From an uncultured virus (IMG/VR IMGVR_UViG_3300035423_000032) (lineage: Duplodnaviria; Heunggongvirae; Uroviricota; Caudoviricetes): a DNA stretch of 64,000 nt. The stretch is taken from the IMG/VR virus record IMGVR_UViG_3300035423_000032, positions 1 to 64,000 of that record. One strand, written 5' to 3'. Positions 18,209 through 28,175 of the stretch are shown here, in pieces (position 1 is the first letter of the stretch; each line of letters starts with the position of its first letter). Under the pieces are notes generated by a model. The model saw only the letters and a program-made list of their open reading frames with translations. It made no database searches and was not told where the DNA came from. Position numbers and translations under genes: made by a program.

Positions 18209-18253
18209 TATTTGTTCTCCTGCAATTATTTTGCAATGCTATATATCAACGCG

Positions 18254-18469
18254 CTAACCGCGCGATTGACGCAGTGTACAACTCTTTGCATACTCAGAGT
18301 TGATTGTTTCACCCTTCGTCGGGCAGTACCTTTGTAAAGGGCACATATACTCATTTACAAGCGTATCAGGGTCGGCGGTGTTAATGTCAACCCCTTCGTC
18401 CACCATTTTCTTACAAATGAATGGCTTTCTTCTGTCCTTTTTTACTCGTACCGCATTCGGGCATAACAT
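18254..18469 (-). CDS. Small Cys-rich hypothetical protein
   Basis: Five Cys; AAGGA SD; in the operon. Confidence 0.65.
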   Translation of the reverse strand: MLCPNAVRVKKDRRKPFICKKMVDEGVDINTADPDTLVNEYMCPLQRYCPTKGETINSEYAKSCTLRQSRG

Positions 18470-18491
18470 AGTCTATTTTTTCCTTTTAATT

Positions 18492-19811
18492 TTAAAGTCC
18501 TTCGAGTATCAACTCAAAAGATATGAATTGTCCCTCGCATTCTGCTGTTACTTTCAAGGGCGTATTGTCTGCGCCGATGCAGTAAATCGTTAATGCGTTA
18601 TCGTCAATAGTCGCTTTGTAGTTCTTCTTATTTGCACCAGAGAACGACCAAGAAACTACTTTATCTGTCTGCTGTGCATTCTCGAAGTATGCAGCAGTAA
18701 CTGTAATGCTTTCATACTGCTCTACCGCCGACGGCACAACGCTCATAAACGCCACATACGGTTTAAAGTTGGTTTCCTTGACAACCAACTCGGCCGTCGC
18801 CGATATTGCCGTATTTTGCGCCATTCTCGCGGTAATTTGAACGTTTCCGACCCCTTTACCTAAAACAACACCGTCCGCGTCGACTTCGGCAATATCTGTG
18901 TCCGAACTTTCCCACAGCCAAGTAACCGGGTATTCGTCCGTAGGCTCTACCGCCTTATCGTCTTTAATGAATACGGCGGCAAGTTTAGTGGTTGAGTTTT
19001 GGTTCAATTCGCTTTCGCCGATTATGTCAGCTTTAAAGGACCTTAACTTTCCGCCAGCAATTCGATTTTCAATATCGTCATTTTCTGTCGGCTCTTGAAT
19101 GCGCAGAGAGAAGTTTAAGACGTGTGAACTGTCGTAATCGCCAGTAAATTCTTGTATGAAGTCTGTAAAGCCAGTTACCTTAAAGGCTTTGCTACCGAGA
19201 ATTATTATGCGGTCCGTATTCAGTTCGCGCTTAGTAACTTCGTTAAGCTGGCACATTGCATTGAAATAGCCATTGAGAAGTACTTGGTCGCTCGGCGCAA
19301 CGTTATCGTTGCCTTGCATAGCCACTTTATCTATTACTAACGGCTCAGTCTTTATATTGCCGTAATAATCGTAGTAGTTAAATGAAGAATTGCAACGTCT
19401 GATTATTGCCGTAGCTTGCGCGCCCGAAATGTTTGACGGGTTAGCACATATCCAGATATTGCCCATTGTTTCAACCTTTGCGCCTATCGGGAAGTACTCA
19501 ATCTCTTTATCTTCAAATAGAACCGTTTTGTAATCATCTATTTGCGTTGTTACGCTTGAGTTTGAGCGAACGTCTGGTAAACGTATATAGGTTGTTGTCC
19601 ATTCGTAGAAGTCTTCCAGTAAGCCCTGTACCTGCGCCTCTACGAAGTCGCTTGAATATTTTGCGCGCGCTTCGGTAAATTGCTGTGTACGAATAGCGAG
19701 ATACTGCCCTTGTCTATCAACATATTTTTTAGGCACATTAGTCTTGCCTTGCGGTATTCCACCGCCTTGCAATATTGCGCCCTGTATGTATTTTTCGCTA
19801 TCGTTTGCCAT
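18492..19811 (-). CDS. Neck/head-closure-like protein with Ig-like domains
   Basis: WESSDTDIAEVDADGVV...GNVQITA Big_2 motif; position between head and tail genes. Confidence 0.65.
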   Translation of the reverse strand: MANDSEKYIQGAILQGGGIPQGKTNVPKKYVDRQGQYLAIRTQQFTEARAKYSSDFVEAQVQGLLEDFYEWTTTYIRLPDVRSNSSVTTQIDDYKTVLFEDKEIEYFPIGAKVETMGNIWICANPSNISGAQATAIIRRCNSSFNYYDYYGNIKTEPLVIDKVAMQGNDNVAPSDQVLLNGYFNAMCQLNEVTKRELNTDRIIILGSKAFKVTGFTDFIQEFTGDYDSSHVLNFSLRIQEPTENDDIENRIAGGKLRSFKADIIGESELNQNSTTKLAAVFIKDDKAVEPTDEYPVTWLWESSDTDIAEVDADGVVLGKGVGNVQITARMAQNTAISATAELVVKETNFKPYVAFMSVVPSAVEQYESITVTAAYFENAQQTDKVVSWSFSGANKKNYKATIDDNALTIYCIGADNTPLKVTAECEGQFISFELILEGL

Positions 19812-19834
19812 AAGGTACCTCCACGCTTTGCTGT

Positions 19835-20542
19835 TTAACCGAATTGACCATTTCCAAGGCGCGGACCGTTATTCTTTATGGGTTCATTTTGCGTATTGCT
19901 CTTTACTTCCAAACCGAGAGTAACTCTGCGCCCGAAATTGCTCTTACCGTCGCCCAAAAGTAGGGTTCCGCAATCGGGGTGTTTTTGGCGGTTGAAATAG
20001 AATGTACCGACACCGCCCATATCTATTCCGTGGAAAGCCTCTATAATGGCTTGTTCCATAGCGAATAGTCTTGAATACGATTCGTTAAGTTTTGTGTTAG
20101 CTTCTTGCGTGTTATGTGTCCATATATCGAACGTTACTGCCAGCTGGACGTGTAAATCGTCAGATGCTATCGTTCTGCCCATATACACATAAATGCGCGT
20201 TTGAGCCACCTGCTCAACGCCCGGCGCAAAAGGCTGGGGAATAAGTCTGTATCCCTTCTTATCGTCCGCAGGTTCATCAGGCTTATCGGGGTTAAACAGT
20301 ACTTGCTTTTTCTGCTGTGGGGTAGGTAAAGGGTTGTCTATCGGACGCGCACCGTCGTAATAAAGATATTTCCACAGGCGCACCCTTGCGCGCTTGTTAT
20401 CGTCCTTGGGTTCGTATGTACCGTCGGGCATATCTAAAAGGTAGTCCATTACTCTGCGGGGTATCTCGTCCGTATCGGACAAGTCGTAAAACCCGCCGTA
20501 AATTTTATCGTATGGATACCATTGCGATTCAATCGTTGCCAT
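19835..20542 (-). CDS. Putative tail terminator/neck protein
   Basis: Position; FDIWTH...SRL...I...F.G...GVG pattern. Confidence 0.5.
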   Translation of the reverse strand: MATIESQWYPYDKIYGGFYDLSDTDEIPRRVMDYLLDMPDGTYEPKDDNKRARVRLWKYLYYDGARPIDNPLPTPQQKKQVLFNPDKPDEPADDKKGYRLIPQPFAPGVEQVAQTRIYVYMGRTIASDDLHVQLAVTFDIWTHNTQEANTKLNESYSRLFAMEQAIIEAFHGIDMGGVGTFYFNRQKHPDCGTLLLGDGKSNFGRRVTLGLEVKSNTQNEPIKNNGPRLGNGQFG

Positions 20543-20547
20543 ATCTC

Positions 20548-20775
20548 TTAACCCTTTCTATATAAATGAACTTTGCCAGTCCACAGATAGACGAATATGT
20601 GCTCGAATAACCAGCCCGCAATATCACCGCATACAAGTGAAATTTCGCCGTCGTCCTTAACCTTTACTTTAAAGCAAGGCAGCACAACCCAGCCAACGCA
20701 ATCCGCGTCAATGTCTTTAGTTATTTCGTCGTCCACCTTTGGTCCGTCAAAAAGCTCGTCAATTTCGTTGTTCAT
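20548..20775 (-). CDS. Hypothetical protein
   Basis: Tightly packed in the operon. Confidence 0.6.
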   Translation of the reverse strand: MNNEIDELFDGPKVDDEITKDIDADCVGWVVLPCFKVKVKDDGEISLVCGDIAGWLFEHIFVYLWTGKVHLYRKG

Positions 20776-20777
20776 AT

Positions 20778-21416
20778 TTATGATTTCTTCTCGCTCACAA
20801 ATTTCTTCGTTTCCGCGTTACTTGCTTGCGTTTCAAGTTTGCCTGCGGCAACTTGAAGTTTCGCTATGTCAGCACCGCGCTGTTGAAGTTGCTCGGTTGC
20901 TTGCTTTAAACTCGAAGTCAACGCTTTAAGGTTATCGGGGGTAGAAAGCAAATTCACGCCCGCAAGGAAACGTTCAAGCGCATCGTTTCTTGTCGCTTTT
21001 AGGTTAAAGATTTTTATGTCAAGCAATTTCTTTAATTCCTTGTAATCGGCAAGCAAATCGAAAATAATATGTTTAACTTCGGTATTGCCCTTAAACCGTT
21101 CGAGTTGGTTCATAGGGTGTACCTTGGCGTATTCGTCGTAATCTCTTGTGCTGAAATTATCAGGAACTTCAACACGCAAATAATGTCTTAAAAACAACTG
21201 CATGAGAAAGAGTTGTTTCTTTTGGGGGTTTTCTTCCCAAAGTTGCGGAAGGGTGATAACCTCGTCGCTCTGTATTTTCTGCGCCGAAATTTCGACGGGT
21301 TCCAACACAGATTCGGCAACTGCCTCCGCGAACGCCATTTTATCTTCAAGCGGAATGTACTTCGCCGCGCCCTTAATAAGTTCTTCCGTTATTTCAAATT
21401 TCTTTTTTTGTGCCAT
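20778..21416 (-). CDS. Hypothetical helical protein
   Basis: AAGGAG SD; operon packing. Confidence 0.7.
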   Translation of the reverse strand: MAQKKKFEITEELIKGAAKYIPLEDKMAFAEAVAESVLEPVEISAQKIQSDEVITLPQLWEENPQKKQLFLMQLFLRHYLRVEVPDNFSTRDYDEYAKVHPMNQLERFKGNTEVKHIIFDLLADYKELKKLLDIKIFNLKATRNDALERFLAGVNLLSTPDNLKALTSSLKQATEQLQQRGADIAKLQVAAGKLETQASNAETKKFVSEKKS

Positions 21417-21459
21417 AATGGGTATCTCCTTTCCAGTTCCGAATTATGTTTTTTAAAAT

Positions 21460-22188
21460 TTATATTAACCCCGATGACGGGAGTATTTTTCTGATTGCAA
21501 GGTTTCTTTCCAAAGCTCTCATTGCACTGTTGAGGTCGCTTTTGTACCGGGCAAGACGTTCAGTATCCGTCTTTTCCTTGTTCGCCCTGTTCTGTTCGCT
21601 GAATGACCTATCTTCCACTTTTGAAACGTTTGAAAGCCAGTCATTGTTAAAGCGCGTCTGCCATACAACTTGGAAACAAAGCCCAAGTATTCGCATTATT
21701 TCAACGGAAAGGTCTTCTTTGAAGTAACCGTCCGTGTAGAAGTCTATATTAAATACGGTACCTTTTGGTATCGGGTTTTCCGCACTGGCCGTAAAAGTAA
21801 TTATGCCGTTTTCGCTATCGTATTTTACAAGATCCGTCGGCGTTAGAATTACACGTTCGCGCTTATCGATGGTTTCTATTTTACAACTGAAAAGTTCGTA
21901 GCCTGCGCCGTTCTCTAATGCAACGTTTGTTTCTTCCGTAATGTCTTCTTCGAGTATATATTTTGTGCTGCCGTATATCGGCTCAATAAGTTTCGGTGAA
22001 TCGGGTGTACCCATTAAATAGGGTATCATTCCGCTTGGTGTAGTAAAGTTAGGAATAGCGGCTTGCAGATATGACCACATACGGCGAGCATAAAGCGGCA
22101 TATTCTCTCTTGCTAAAGCGTCGAGATTTATGTCGTCGATAAGAATACTGCAGTATTGAGTTATAACTTTTAAAATGGGTGTCGCCAT
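21460..22188 (-). CDS. Putative head-tail adaptor
   Basis: Position after the capsid cluster; helical N- and C-termini. Confidence 0.5.
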   Translation of the reverse strand: MATPILKVITQYCSILIDDINLDALARENMPLYARRMWSYLQAAIPNFTTPSGMIPYLMGTPDSPKLIEPIYGSTKYILEEDITEETNVALENGAGYELFSCKIETIDKRERVILTPTDLVKYDSENGIITFTASAENPIPKGTVFNIDFYTDGYFKEDLSVEIMRILGLCFQVVWQTRFNNDWLSNVSKVEDRSFSEQNRANKEKTDTERLARYKSDLNSAMRALERNLAIRKILPSSGLI

Positions 22189-22218
22189 AATTATTTCCCT
22201 TTATATTGGGTTGTTTCG

Positions 22219-22240
22219 GGTGGGGCATTGCGCCCCACCT
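22219..22240. terminator. GC-rich hairpin
   Basis: GGTGGGGC-attgc-GCCCCACC, intergenic; no clear U-tract on the minus strand. Confidence 0.45.
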
Positions 22241-22255
22241 TTAACAACGCTTTAG

Positions 22256-22720
22256 TTAAATGTTTGTAGTGGTTGTGTAGGACGCGACGGGCGTTGCCTG
22301 CTGTTCCGTTTTATCTTCTGTTGCGTTCGCCACTTCACCAGCAATGAGTTGGGGTAAATCGCGGTTAATATTGATAAGATTTACTGCTTCTTTTACATAA
22401 TCAGTCCAGTAAGACTTATCGTAGGTAATACCTTTTTCGGCGCACATATCTTTAATATCGTTGAGTACGTCTTTGAGTTTCAGGGTGCCAGTTTTCTTGT
22501 CCGACACGCTCTTAAACGCCACTTCCGCCGCGCCAACCAACGGCATAACCTGTTGTGCTATTTCCGCCATTGTCTGAACGACGTTGACGGACTTACCGCT
22601 TTGCTTCTTTTTGATTATGGCTCTTATAACCAGAACCACATAAAGAATGGCAAGAAGGCAGCCACCGACTATGATTGCAATATCTTTAATCGCCATAATT
22701 ATTTCGATGACCTCCTTCAT
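22256..22720 (-). CDS. Holin-like single-pass membrane protein
   Basis: N-terminal TM (IAIIVGGCLLAILYVVLVIRAII) followed by KKK; AAE..F..K.G..K pattern as in LL-H-type holins. Confidence 0.5.
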   Translation of the reverse strand: MKEVIEIIMAIKDIAIIVGGCLLAILYVVLVIRAIIKKKQSGKSVNVVQTMAEIAQQVMPLVGAAEVAFKSVSDKKTGTLKLKDVLNDIKDMCAEKGITYDKSYWTDYVKEAVNLININRDLPQLIAGEVANATEDKTEQQATPVASYTTTTNI

Positions 22721-23082
22721 TAGTAGTTATTCACGGAACCACCAACGCCGGGGGTGCCAACGGTTGCGTCCGCTACTTCCTCCCCTGCTGTTGTTTCTTG
22801 AGGCACGCTTTCACTGAGTTCGTCGCTCGCGGGCAATTCGTCCGCAACTTCTTCTATGTATTCGCCGAGAACTTTCAACTTAGCAACTTCCTCTACGGTA
22901 AGTCCGTTGTTGGGGTTTTCGGAAAGCACATAGTCAACGAATCTCTTTGTCTTTTCTTCGTCATAACCGTGGGACTGTGCGAACGCTACCGCGTCGCTTT
23001 CCACTACGGTCTGGCCGTTTTCCTTTTTTGCCACAAGCTCGTTATAAGCCTGCAACAGTTCCTGCTCTTTTACTTTAAGCAT
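22720..23082 (-). CDS. Hypothetical acidic protein
   Basis: AGGAGG SD before ATG at 23082 (track ORF 22720-23181). Confidence 0.7.
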   Translation of the reverse strand: MLKVKEQELLQAYNELVAKKENGQTVVESDAVAFAQSHGYDEEKTKRFVDYVLSENPNNGLTVEEVAKLKVLGEYIEEVADELPASDELSESVPQETTAGEEVADATVGTPGVGGSVNNY

Positions 23083-23084
23083 TA

Positions 23085-23804
23085 TTAAGTTCCTCCTGTT
23101 GATAATAAATTGATAATCCACTCGCGCGTTATGGGTATCGAGAATAATACGACTAAAATTAAGCCGACTAAAATCACCCATTTTAACGCTTTAACGATTG
23201 CAGTTGATACTGTCCCCAAACCATCGAAGAAACTTTTTACGCCGTCAAAGAATAAAAGCATTGAAAGAATAAATGCGTTAGGCACATAAGAGTATTTCAT
23301 CTTAGTGAGTTTATCTTTGTACAGTTCCCACTTAGCTTGCTTATTGCGCGCTTTGTGGTCAGCCTTTTGCTCTTTATTGAATTGCTTTTGCTCTCTTTTA
23401 AGGCGGTCAGCTTCCGCATTCAAAACGATAAGTTTATTCCTTATCTCTTGCTTACGAACCTTATTATCCGCCTCTTGTTCTTGGACTTGCAGAGATGCCG
23501 TTTCTGCTTGAACTTCAAGGGCTTTGTCCGCAATATCGGCAAGGCTTTCAGCGTGTTTCTCGACAATTTTCTCGTCGGTAATTTTCACCTTTGCCTTTTC
23601 CAGAATATTGCTTTGTACGCTACCGACAACCGAAGAAAACCCTACGTTTGCCGTTCCGTTCGGTTCGACCAACGCCTTGGGGTGATCCGTTACCACAACA
23701 GATAATTCTTCCGTTTCGGTTTCGGGTATGATTTCGTCGGTTTGCTCGACAACGTTTTCTTGCGCGTCAAAGTCCTGCGCCAACTTCTCTAAGTCCATTG
23801 CCAT
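23085..23804 (-). CDS. Coiled-coil membrane protein
   Basis: Coiled coil followed by C-terminal hydrophobic segments. Confidence 0.7.
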   Translation of the reverse strand: MAMDLEKLAQDFDAQENVVEQTDEIIPETETEELSVVVTDHPKALVEPNGTANVGFSSVVGSVQSNILEKAKVKITDEKIVEKHAESLADIADKALEVQAETASLQVQEQEADNKVRKQEIRNKLIVLNAEADRLKREQKQFNKEQKADHKARNKQAKWELYKDKLTKMKYSYVPNAFILSMLLFFDGVKSFFDGLGTVSTAIVKALKWVILVGLILVVLFSIPITREWIINLLSTGGT

Positions 23805-23821
23805 GTTTGTTTCCTCTTGCT

Positions 23822-24544
23822 TTATTCGGAAAGTTTTCTACCCATATCTTTCAATATCGGTGTAAACATTCCGTCGGGGTCTGTTTTCTTTGAAAGGTTA
23901 TTAAGTACTTTAACCGTATCGGGGTGAATACGGTTATCGCCGTCTTCGTATGCCGAAATAAATAACTTGGCAACTATGCGCTGGTGGCTTTCGCAAAGTT
24001 TAGGAAAGATTTCGTAAAGTACCTTTACGTCAAGGTCCAACAGCTTATAGTACATATCCGCCGAGAGCAATTCTCCCTCTTTGTAGTCAAGTCTGTAACG
24101 GCTGCGTTCTTCGTCTGTGAGTCCGTTAATTACGATAAGTTCACGTCTGCGCATAAGTTTATCAACCTTAGCGTCTATACCCTGAAAGAATTCCTTTTTG
24201 GGAATGTCTAAGGTTCCACCTACGCGGTTTATCTGTCCGAGTTTGCCGAGAGTTAAAACTGACGTATCTGAAACTGCATCCATATAGAGCAATGTTACAT
24301 ATTCGTCCTTTTTAATTTCGACTACGGGCTGTTCACCTTGCGACTTAATGTATGCCGCAACTGCGTCCTGAGCTGCTTTCTCGCTAACACTTTTTACAAG
24401 TGCTTCGACTTCTGCTGCTGTATATGTCTTTTCTTCCTTTTTCTTGGAAGGATTTTCCTGTTCCGTTACTTCGGGGGATTCGCCGTCCGTAACTTTCAGT
24501 TCTTCGTTCTCGTTGTTTTCGGTTTTGGTTGCTGATTTTGCCAT
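23822..24544 (-). CDS. Conserved hypothetical protein following the capsid gene
   Basis: AAGGAG SD; 240 aa. Confidence 0.7.
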   Translation of the reverse strand: MAKSATKTENNENEELKVTDGESPEVTEQENPSKKKEEKTYTAAEVEALVKSVSEKAAQDAVAAYIKSQGEQPVVEIKKDEYVTLLYMDAVSDTSVLTLGKLGQINRVGGTLDIPKKEFFQGIDAKVDKLMRRRELIVINGLTDEERSRYRLDYKEGELLSADMYYKLLDLDVKVLYEIFPKLCESHQRIVAKLFISAYEDGDNRIHPDTVKVLNNLSKKTDPDGMFTPILKDMGRKLSE

Positions 24545-24594
24545 TTTCTTTACACACTCCTTTCAGATTTAATTATTTGACAAATATTTCTGTC

Positions 24595-24619
24595 AGCAGG
24601 GCAGAAATTCCGCCCTGCT
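24595..24619. terminator. Hairpin after the major capsid gene
   Basis: AGCAGGGC...GCCCTGCT inverted repeat. Confidence 0.45.
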
Positions 24620-24641
24620 TCCAGTTTTAACCTTAATGCTA

Positions 24642-25880
24642 TTAGGCAACGTTCTTGATAAGACCGACCTTGCTTGCGAACATAGGCGCAATGTCAAACA
24701 TTGCTTCCATGTTGATTTCAAGCGTGAAGTCTTCCGTCTTGCTGGGTTCTGCCGTAAGGGTGATAGGATGACCCTCTGCATATACGCCATACATAGGCTT
24801 GTTGCCTTCGCCGCCCTTTGCAACCATATAGATTTCGTCCGTAGGGAAAATCTTGGTGAGCAAGTTGTTCTGTGTACCGGGTACAAGTACGGGACGAATC
24901 GGGCAAAGGTCAACGCCGCCAACGTTACCGAGATGACCCTGCGTAGTCCACTTCTCGCCCAAGCCGTACTGCATACCGAGAATTGCGCCGCCCGTACCGT
25001 CGGTGGGAACTACCTTGCTTAAAGCGGTGCGCGCACCGAAAGCCAAAAGGTCGTTTGCATCTACGCCGTTCGCCGCCGAAAGGTCGTCGATAAGGTTGTT
25101 CCAGTTGTCGGACGTGTAGGACGAATAAGTGAGCTTTTTGGGCATATACTTCTGATTCTCTTTTGCGGTTTTGAGTGCAAAAGCAAACTTCGCATATACC
25201 TTGTTCCAAAGACCGCGAATCATTGCGTTGTAGTAATCACCCGCGTCGCCCTCGAACATTTGAGTCCACTTAATCTGGGTAATTGCCGCCGTTGCCTTGG
25301 GGGTAAGCGTAATCGTCTTATTGTTAAGACGGCTGATGGTAACGTTGTTAAAGCTACCTACGCTTGTATCCTCGAAGATAACAACGTCGTTGGACTTGAT
25401 TTCGATTTCTTTGTAGCCGAATGCGGGGGCAGATTCCCACTGCATAAGACCGCCCATACTTATATCGTCGAATACGCGGAAAAGCAAAGGCGTAAGAATA
25501 TCTCTGTCAAGCGCGGACATTGTGCGCAGGAATACGGGGTCCCTCATAAGCGACAAGTCGCTCTTGACTTCACCGATATTCGCGGGCATTTCCTGACCGC
25601 TTGCTTTGTACGCTTGAGCCGCGCAGAATAAGAGTTTCTTATCCCTGAATGCTTTTGAGAAAGACGCATAGTCAACGTTCTGTGCTGCAAGACGGGAATT
25701 GTATTTTTCCAAATTCATCTTGTTTTCGTTTATTGATTTACCGATATACTCGCAAACGACGAGTCTGCCCGTAGCGACCAAATCTCTGCGGTTGATTTCT
25801 GCACCGCAGACCTTGATTTTGGTGTCGCTGGTGTTAGAGGCTTCAAATACGTCGTTAGGAATGCAATTTAATTTCAACAT
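24642..25880 (-). CDS. Major capsid protein
   Basis: 412 aa, strong AGGAGG SD, biased codons, follows protease/scaffold and decoration genes. Confidence 0.8.
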   Translation of the reverse strand: MLKLNCIPNDVFEASNTSDTKIKVCGAEINRRDLVATGRLVVCEYIGKSINENKMNLEKYNSRLAAQNVDYASFSKAFRDKKLLFCAAQAYKASGQEMPANIGEVKSDLSLMRDPVFLRTMSALDRDILTPLLFRVFDDISMGGLMQWESAPAFGYKEIEIKSNDVVIFEDTSVGSFNNVTISRLNNKTITLTPKATAAITQIKWTQMFEGDAGDYYNAMIRGLWNKVYAKFAFALKTAKENQKYMPKKLTYSSYTSDNWNNLIDDLSAANGVDANDLLAFGARTALSKVVPTDGTGGAILGMQYGLGEKWTTQGHLGNVGGVDLCPIRPVLVPGTQNNLLTKIFPTDEIYMVAKGGEGNKPMYGVYAEGHPITLTAEPSKTEDFTLEINMEAMFDIAPMFASKVGLIKNVA

Positions 25881-25898
25881 TTCTGTTATCCTCCTTCC

Positions 25899-26571
25899 TT
25901 AATTACCTGCGCCCGGTGCGCCTGCGCCACCGTTAGCGGGACTTGCTTGTGTGCCGCCTGCCGTTACTGCTGCTCTGCAAACGAGTAAGCGATACTTGGT
26001 ACCCCAGTCTGCGGAACCTTCGGTTACACCGAGTTCGCCGAGTATCTTGAAGTAAACTTCACCGCCCGAAGTGGGTGCGGCTGNNNNNNNNNNCAACAAG
26101 TCTGCCGTCCTTTATGGTTGCGAACTTGTGCGTATCGTCTGCGGGTGCGGTTGCAAAGTTACCTTTTCCGAGGAAGTATTGCTTACCTACGAAAAGTTCT
26201 TTGAAATCGCCGCGTTCGCCTGCGGGAAGTCCTATGCCGAGCGTGTTTCTGCCCTCGACCCATACGTTGCCGTTGCCGTCAACTGCTCTGTTGCGAGCGT
26301 AGTTGTTAAACGCATAGATACCCGTTGCGTCGCCCGTATTGCCGCCCACTTTACCGTTTGCGGCTGCGATATAGTTCCAGTCGTTGCCGTTCTTATACTT
26401 CGCAACTTCGTAGCCTTCGTTTTCCGTAAGAGAGTGCTGTACGCAAAGCATACCCGAACTGCAGTCTTCGGGAACGAGTTTTTCGTCGTCAAGTTTATTG
26501 AATTTACCCGAAGTGTTTTTAACGCCGTCGGGAATGGCAACTTCAAATAATGTTTCTTTAATGAATGACAT
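25899..26571 (-). CDS. Putative head decoration protein (interrupted by an assembly gap)
   Basis: Track ORFs 26059-26571 and 25899-26099 join across the 10-N gap (...DGRLV / AAPTSGGEV...). Confidence 0.65.
26084..26093. other. Assembly gap (10 N)
   Basis: Run of n. Confidence 1.
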
Positions 26572-26589
26572 TTTTGTTCTCCTTATTTA

Positions 26590-27990
26590 TTATTTCATTA
26601 CTCTGGATATTGCGCCCAGAATGCCTTCGTTCGCTTTCTGCGGTTCGCCGATGGGCTGTTCCCAAGCGAAGGTCTTTTTCTCGCTGGCGGTCTTGATTTC
26701 TGCCTGTGCTTTCTGATACTTAATTTGTTCTTCCATACACAAAGCGTCAACGTCCCTTGCCGCTATGCTTGCGCCGATAAACTTGCCTTCCGCGTCAACC
26801 AAGTTTGTGTACTTGTCTTCTGCTGCGGCAGTAAGCAAGTTTGCACAAATTTCTTCTTTGAATTTGCAGTCTTCGGGGCGGTCCGCGTTAATCTGAGCAA
26901 GGCGCGCTTTGATAGCCGTCGTTGCCTCGTCGCGTCTGCGAACCTTTTCCGCTGCCTGCATAGTTTCCAAAGCGGTTGTCGCCGTCTGACACGTCTTGTG
27001 TTCGTCCTCGTACTTCTTTTCAAGCTCTGCGCAACGTGCCTGTAAACTTTCGGTAATCATTGCGACGGGAAGTTCTATTTTAAGTCCCCCCTCGTTCGCA
27101 AAAAGAATTACGGGGGTGATTTCCGATTTGCTACCGCAAATTATTTCGCCGTTTTCGCTTTTTGCCGACGAAAGGAAAAATTCGCCCTTTTCCGAAAGCA
27201 ACACAACATTTTCGTCTTGCACCGCAAGAACCTTAAAGCCGGGGAATTTGCCGTCTAAGTCTTTGACTTTCAACTTATTCATGCTGTCTGTTCCTTCCTT
27301 TTTTAAATTTTTATTGTTTTGAGTTTGCGGCTCACTATTATCTACCTGCTCGTAAGAGGCAGCTCTTATTTTGAGTTGTTCCAGCTCGCCTATACTTGCA
27401 GAAAGTTTTCTGATATTTGCACCTGCGAATGCGGGCGGCACGTCAGTACCCAGAATTGTTACACCGACTATGCGATATTCTTCTTCGTACTCAACACCGT
27501 CAACAATGCGGTTTTTGTAAACGTCAGCCTCAATACTGACATTCATTTGCCCACCGTTACGCTCAATTTCGTCAATGAGTTCACGGTTGTAGAAATACCA
27601 CAGCGTACCGATAGCAACTATCCAGTTCTTGCCGTCAATATTTTCAATGTGAGGGTTAAACTTGCCGTCTTCCGTTTCCTTTATCCAGCCTGCGGGGTGC
27701 TCACAGTTCGCGCCGATATATGACGGGTAGAGCTTTCCAGTCTTCGGATCTCTTACCATTTCAAAATCGTGCCCGTTTGCAATCTTTCCGTTAATTACTG
27801 AATAGAGAATAGGAATTTCGGCAACGTCGTTTAAATGGTCTTCTATGTGTTCAAACAACCAGTTATTTCTGCATACTGTGTCATTTAAAAGCATTAAAAC
27901 GACTTTGCGCAACATAGGGTTTGAAGTTTCGCAAAGTTTAAGCTGACCGTCTAATATACGGTGAATAGGTTTTTCGATAGGTTCGTCCAT
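26590..27990 (-). CDS. Prohead protease-scaffold fusion
   Basis: GH...G.LW...VSIE...GVTILG..VPPAF..A motifs, then a coiled-coil scaffold; GAGAGGT SD before ATG at 27990. Confidence 0.8.
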   Translation of the reverse strand: MDEPIEKPIHRILDGQLKLCETSNPMLRKVVLMLLNDTVCRNNWLFEHIEDHLNDVAEIPILYSVINGKIANGHDFEMVRDPKTGKLYPSYIGANCEHPAGWIKETEDGKFNPHIENIDGKNWIVAIGTLWYFYNRELIDEIERNGGQMNVSIEADVYKNRIVDGVEYEEEYRIVGVTILGTDVPPAFAGANIRKLSASIGELEQLKIRAASYEQVDNSEPQTQNNKNLKKEGTDSMNKLKVKDLDGKFPGFKVLAVQDENVVLLSEKGEFFLSSAKSENGEIICGSKSEITPVILFANEGGLKIELPVAMITESLQARCAELEKKYEDEHKTCQTATTALETMQAAEKVRRRDEATTAIKARLAQINADRPEDCKFKEEICANLLTAAAEDKYTNLVDAEGKFIGASIAARDVDALCMEEQIKYQKAQAEIKTASEKKTFAWEQPIGEPQKANEGILGAISRVMK

Positions 27991-28009
27991 AGTGTTACCT
28001 CTCAAAAAA

Positions 28010-28089
28010 TGAATTAAGGGCTACGGGTACCACACCACTGCAGTACTCATAGCCCCTTTTGGCTCTTGCCGTTGCCCACTTGCAACGGC
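28010..28089 (-). promoter_or_regulatory. Repeated structured RNA element, copy A
   Basis: GCCGUUGC-AAGUGG-GCAACGGC hairpin, AAGAGCCAAAAG linker, GGGCUAUGAGUAC/GUACCCGUAGCCC stem, weaker U tract. Confidence 0.8.
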
Positions 28090-28100
28090 GATTATTTATT

Positions 28101-28175
28101 TGGTTGCAGAAGGCGGACTCGAACCACCAACCTCTGGGTTATGAACCCAGCAAGCTACCATTGCTCTACTCTGCG
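28101..28175 (-). tRNA. tRNA-Met(CAT), initiator (fMet) type, CCA encoded
   Basis: Cloverleaf CGCAGAG...CTGGG-TTCATAA-CCCAG...GGTTCGAGTCC...TTCTGCAACCA; C1:A72 mismatch, A11:U24, three G:C pairs in the anticodon stem. Confidence 0.95.

Noticed and set aside
26059..26099. Apparent programmed frameshift in the head decoration gene
   Set aside because: It coincides with a 10-N placeholder gap of unknown true length
5275..28089. Repeated element as a CRISPR repeat, MITE or att site
   Set aside because: Copies are dispersed, have no spacers or target duplications, are all co-oriented, and conserve structure over sequence
28101..28175. tRNA as an integration site or prophage boundary
   Set aside because: Phage head genes continue on both sides and no duplicated tRNA 3' end was seen
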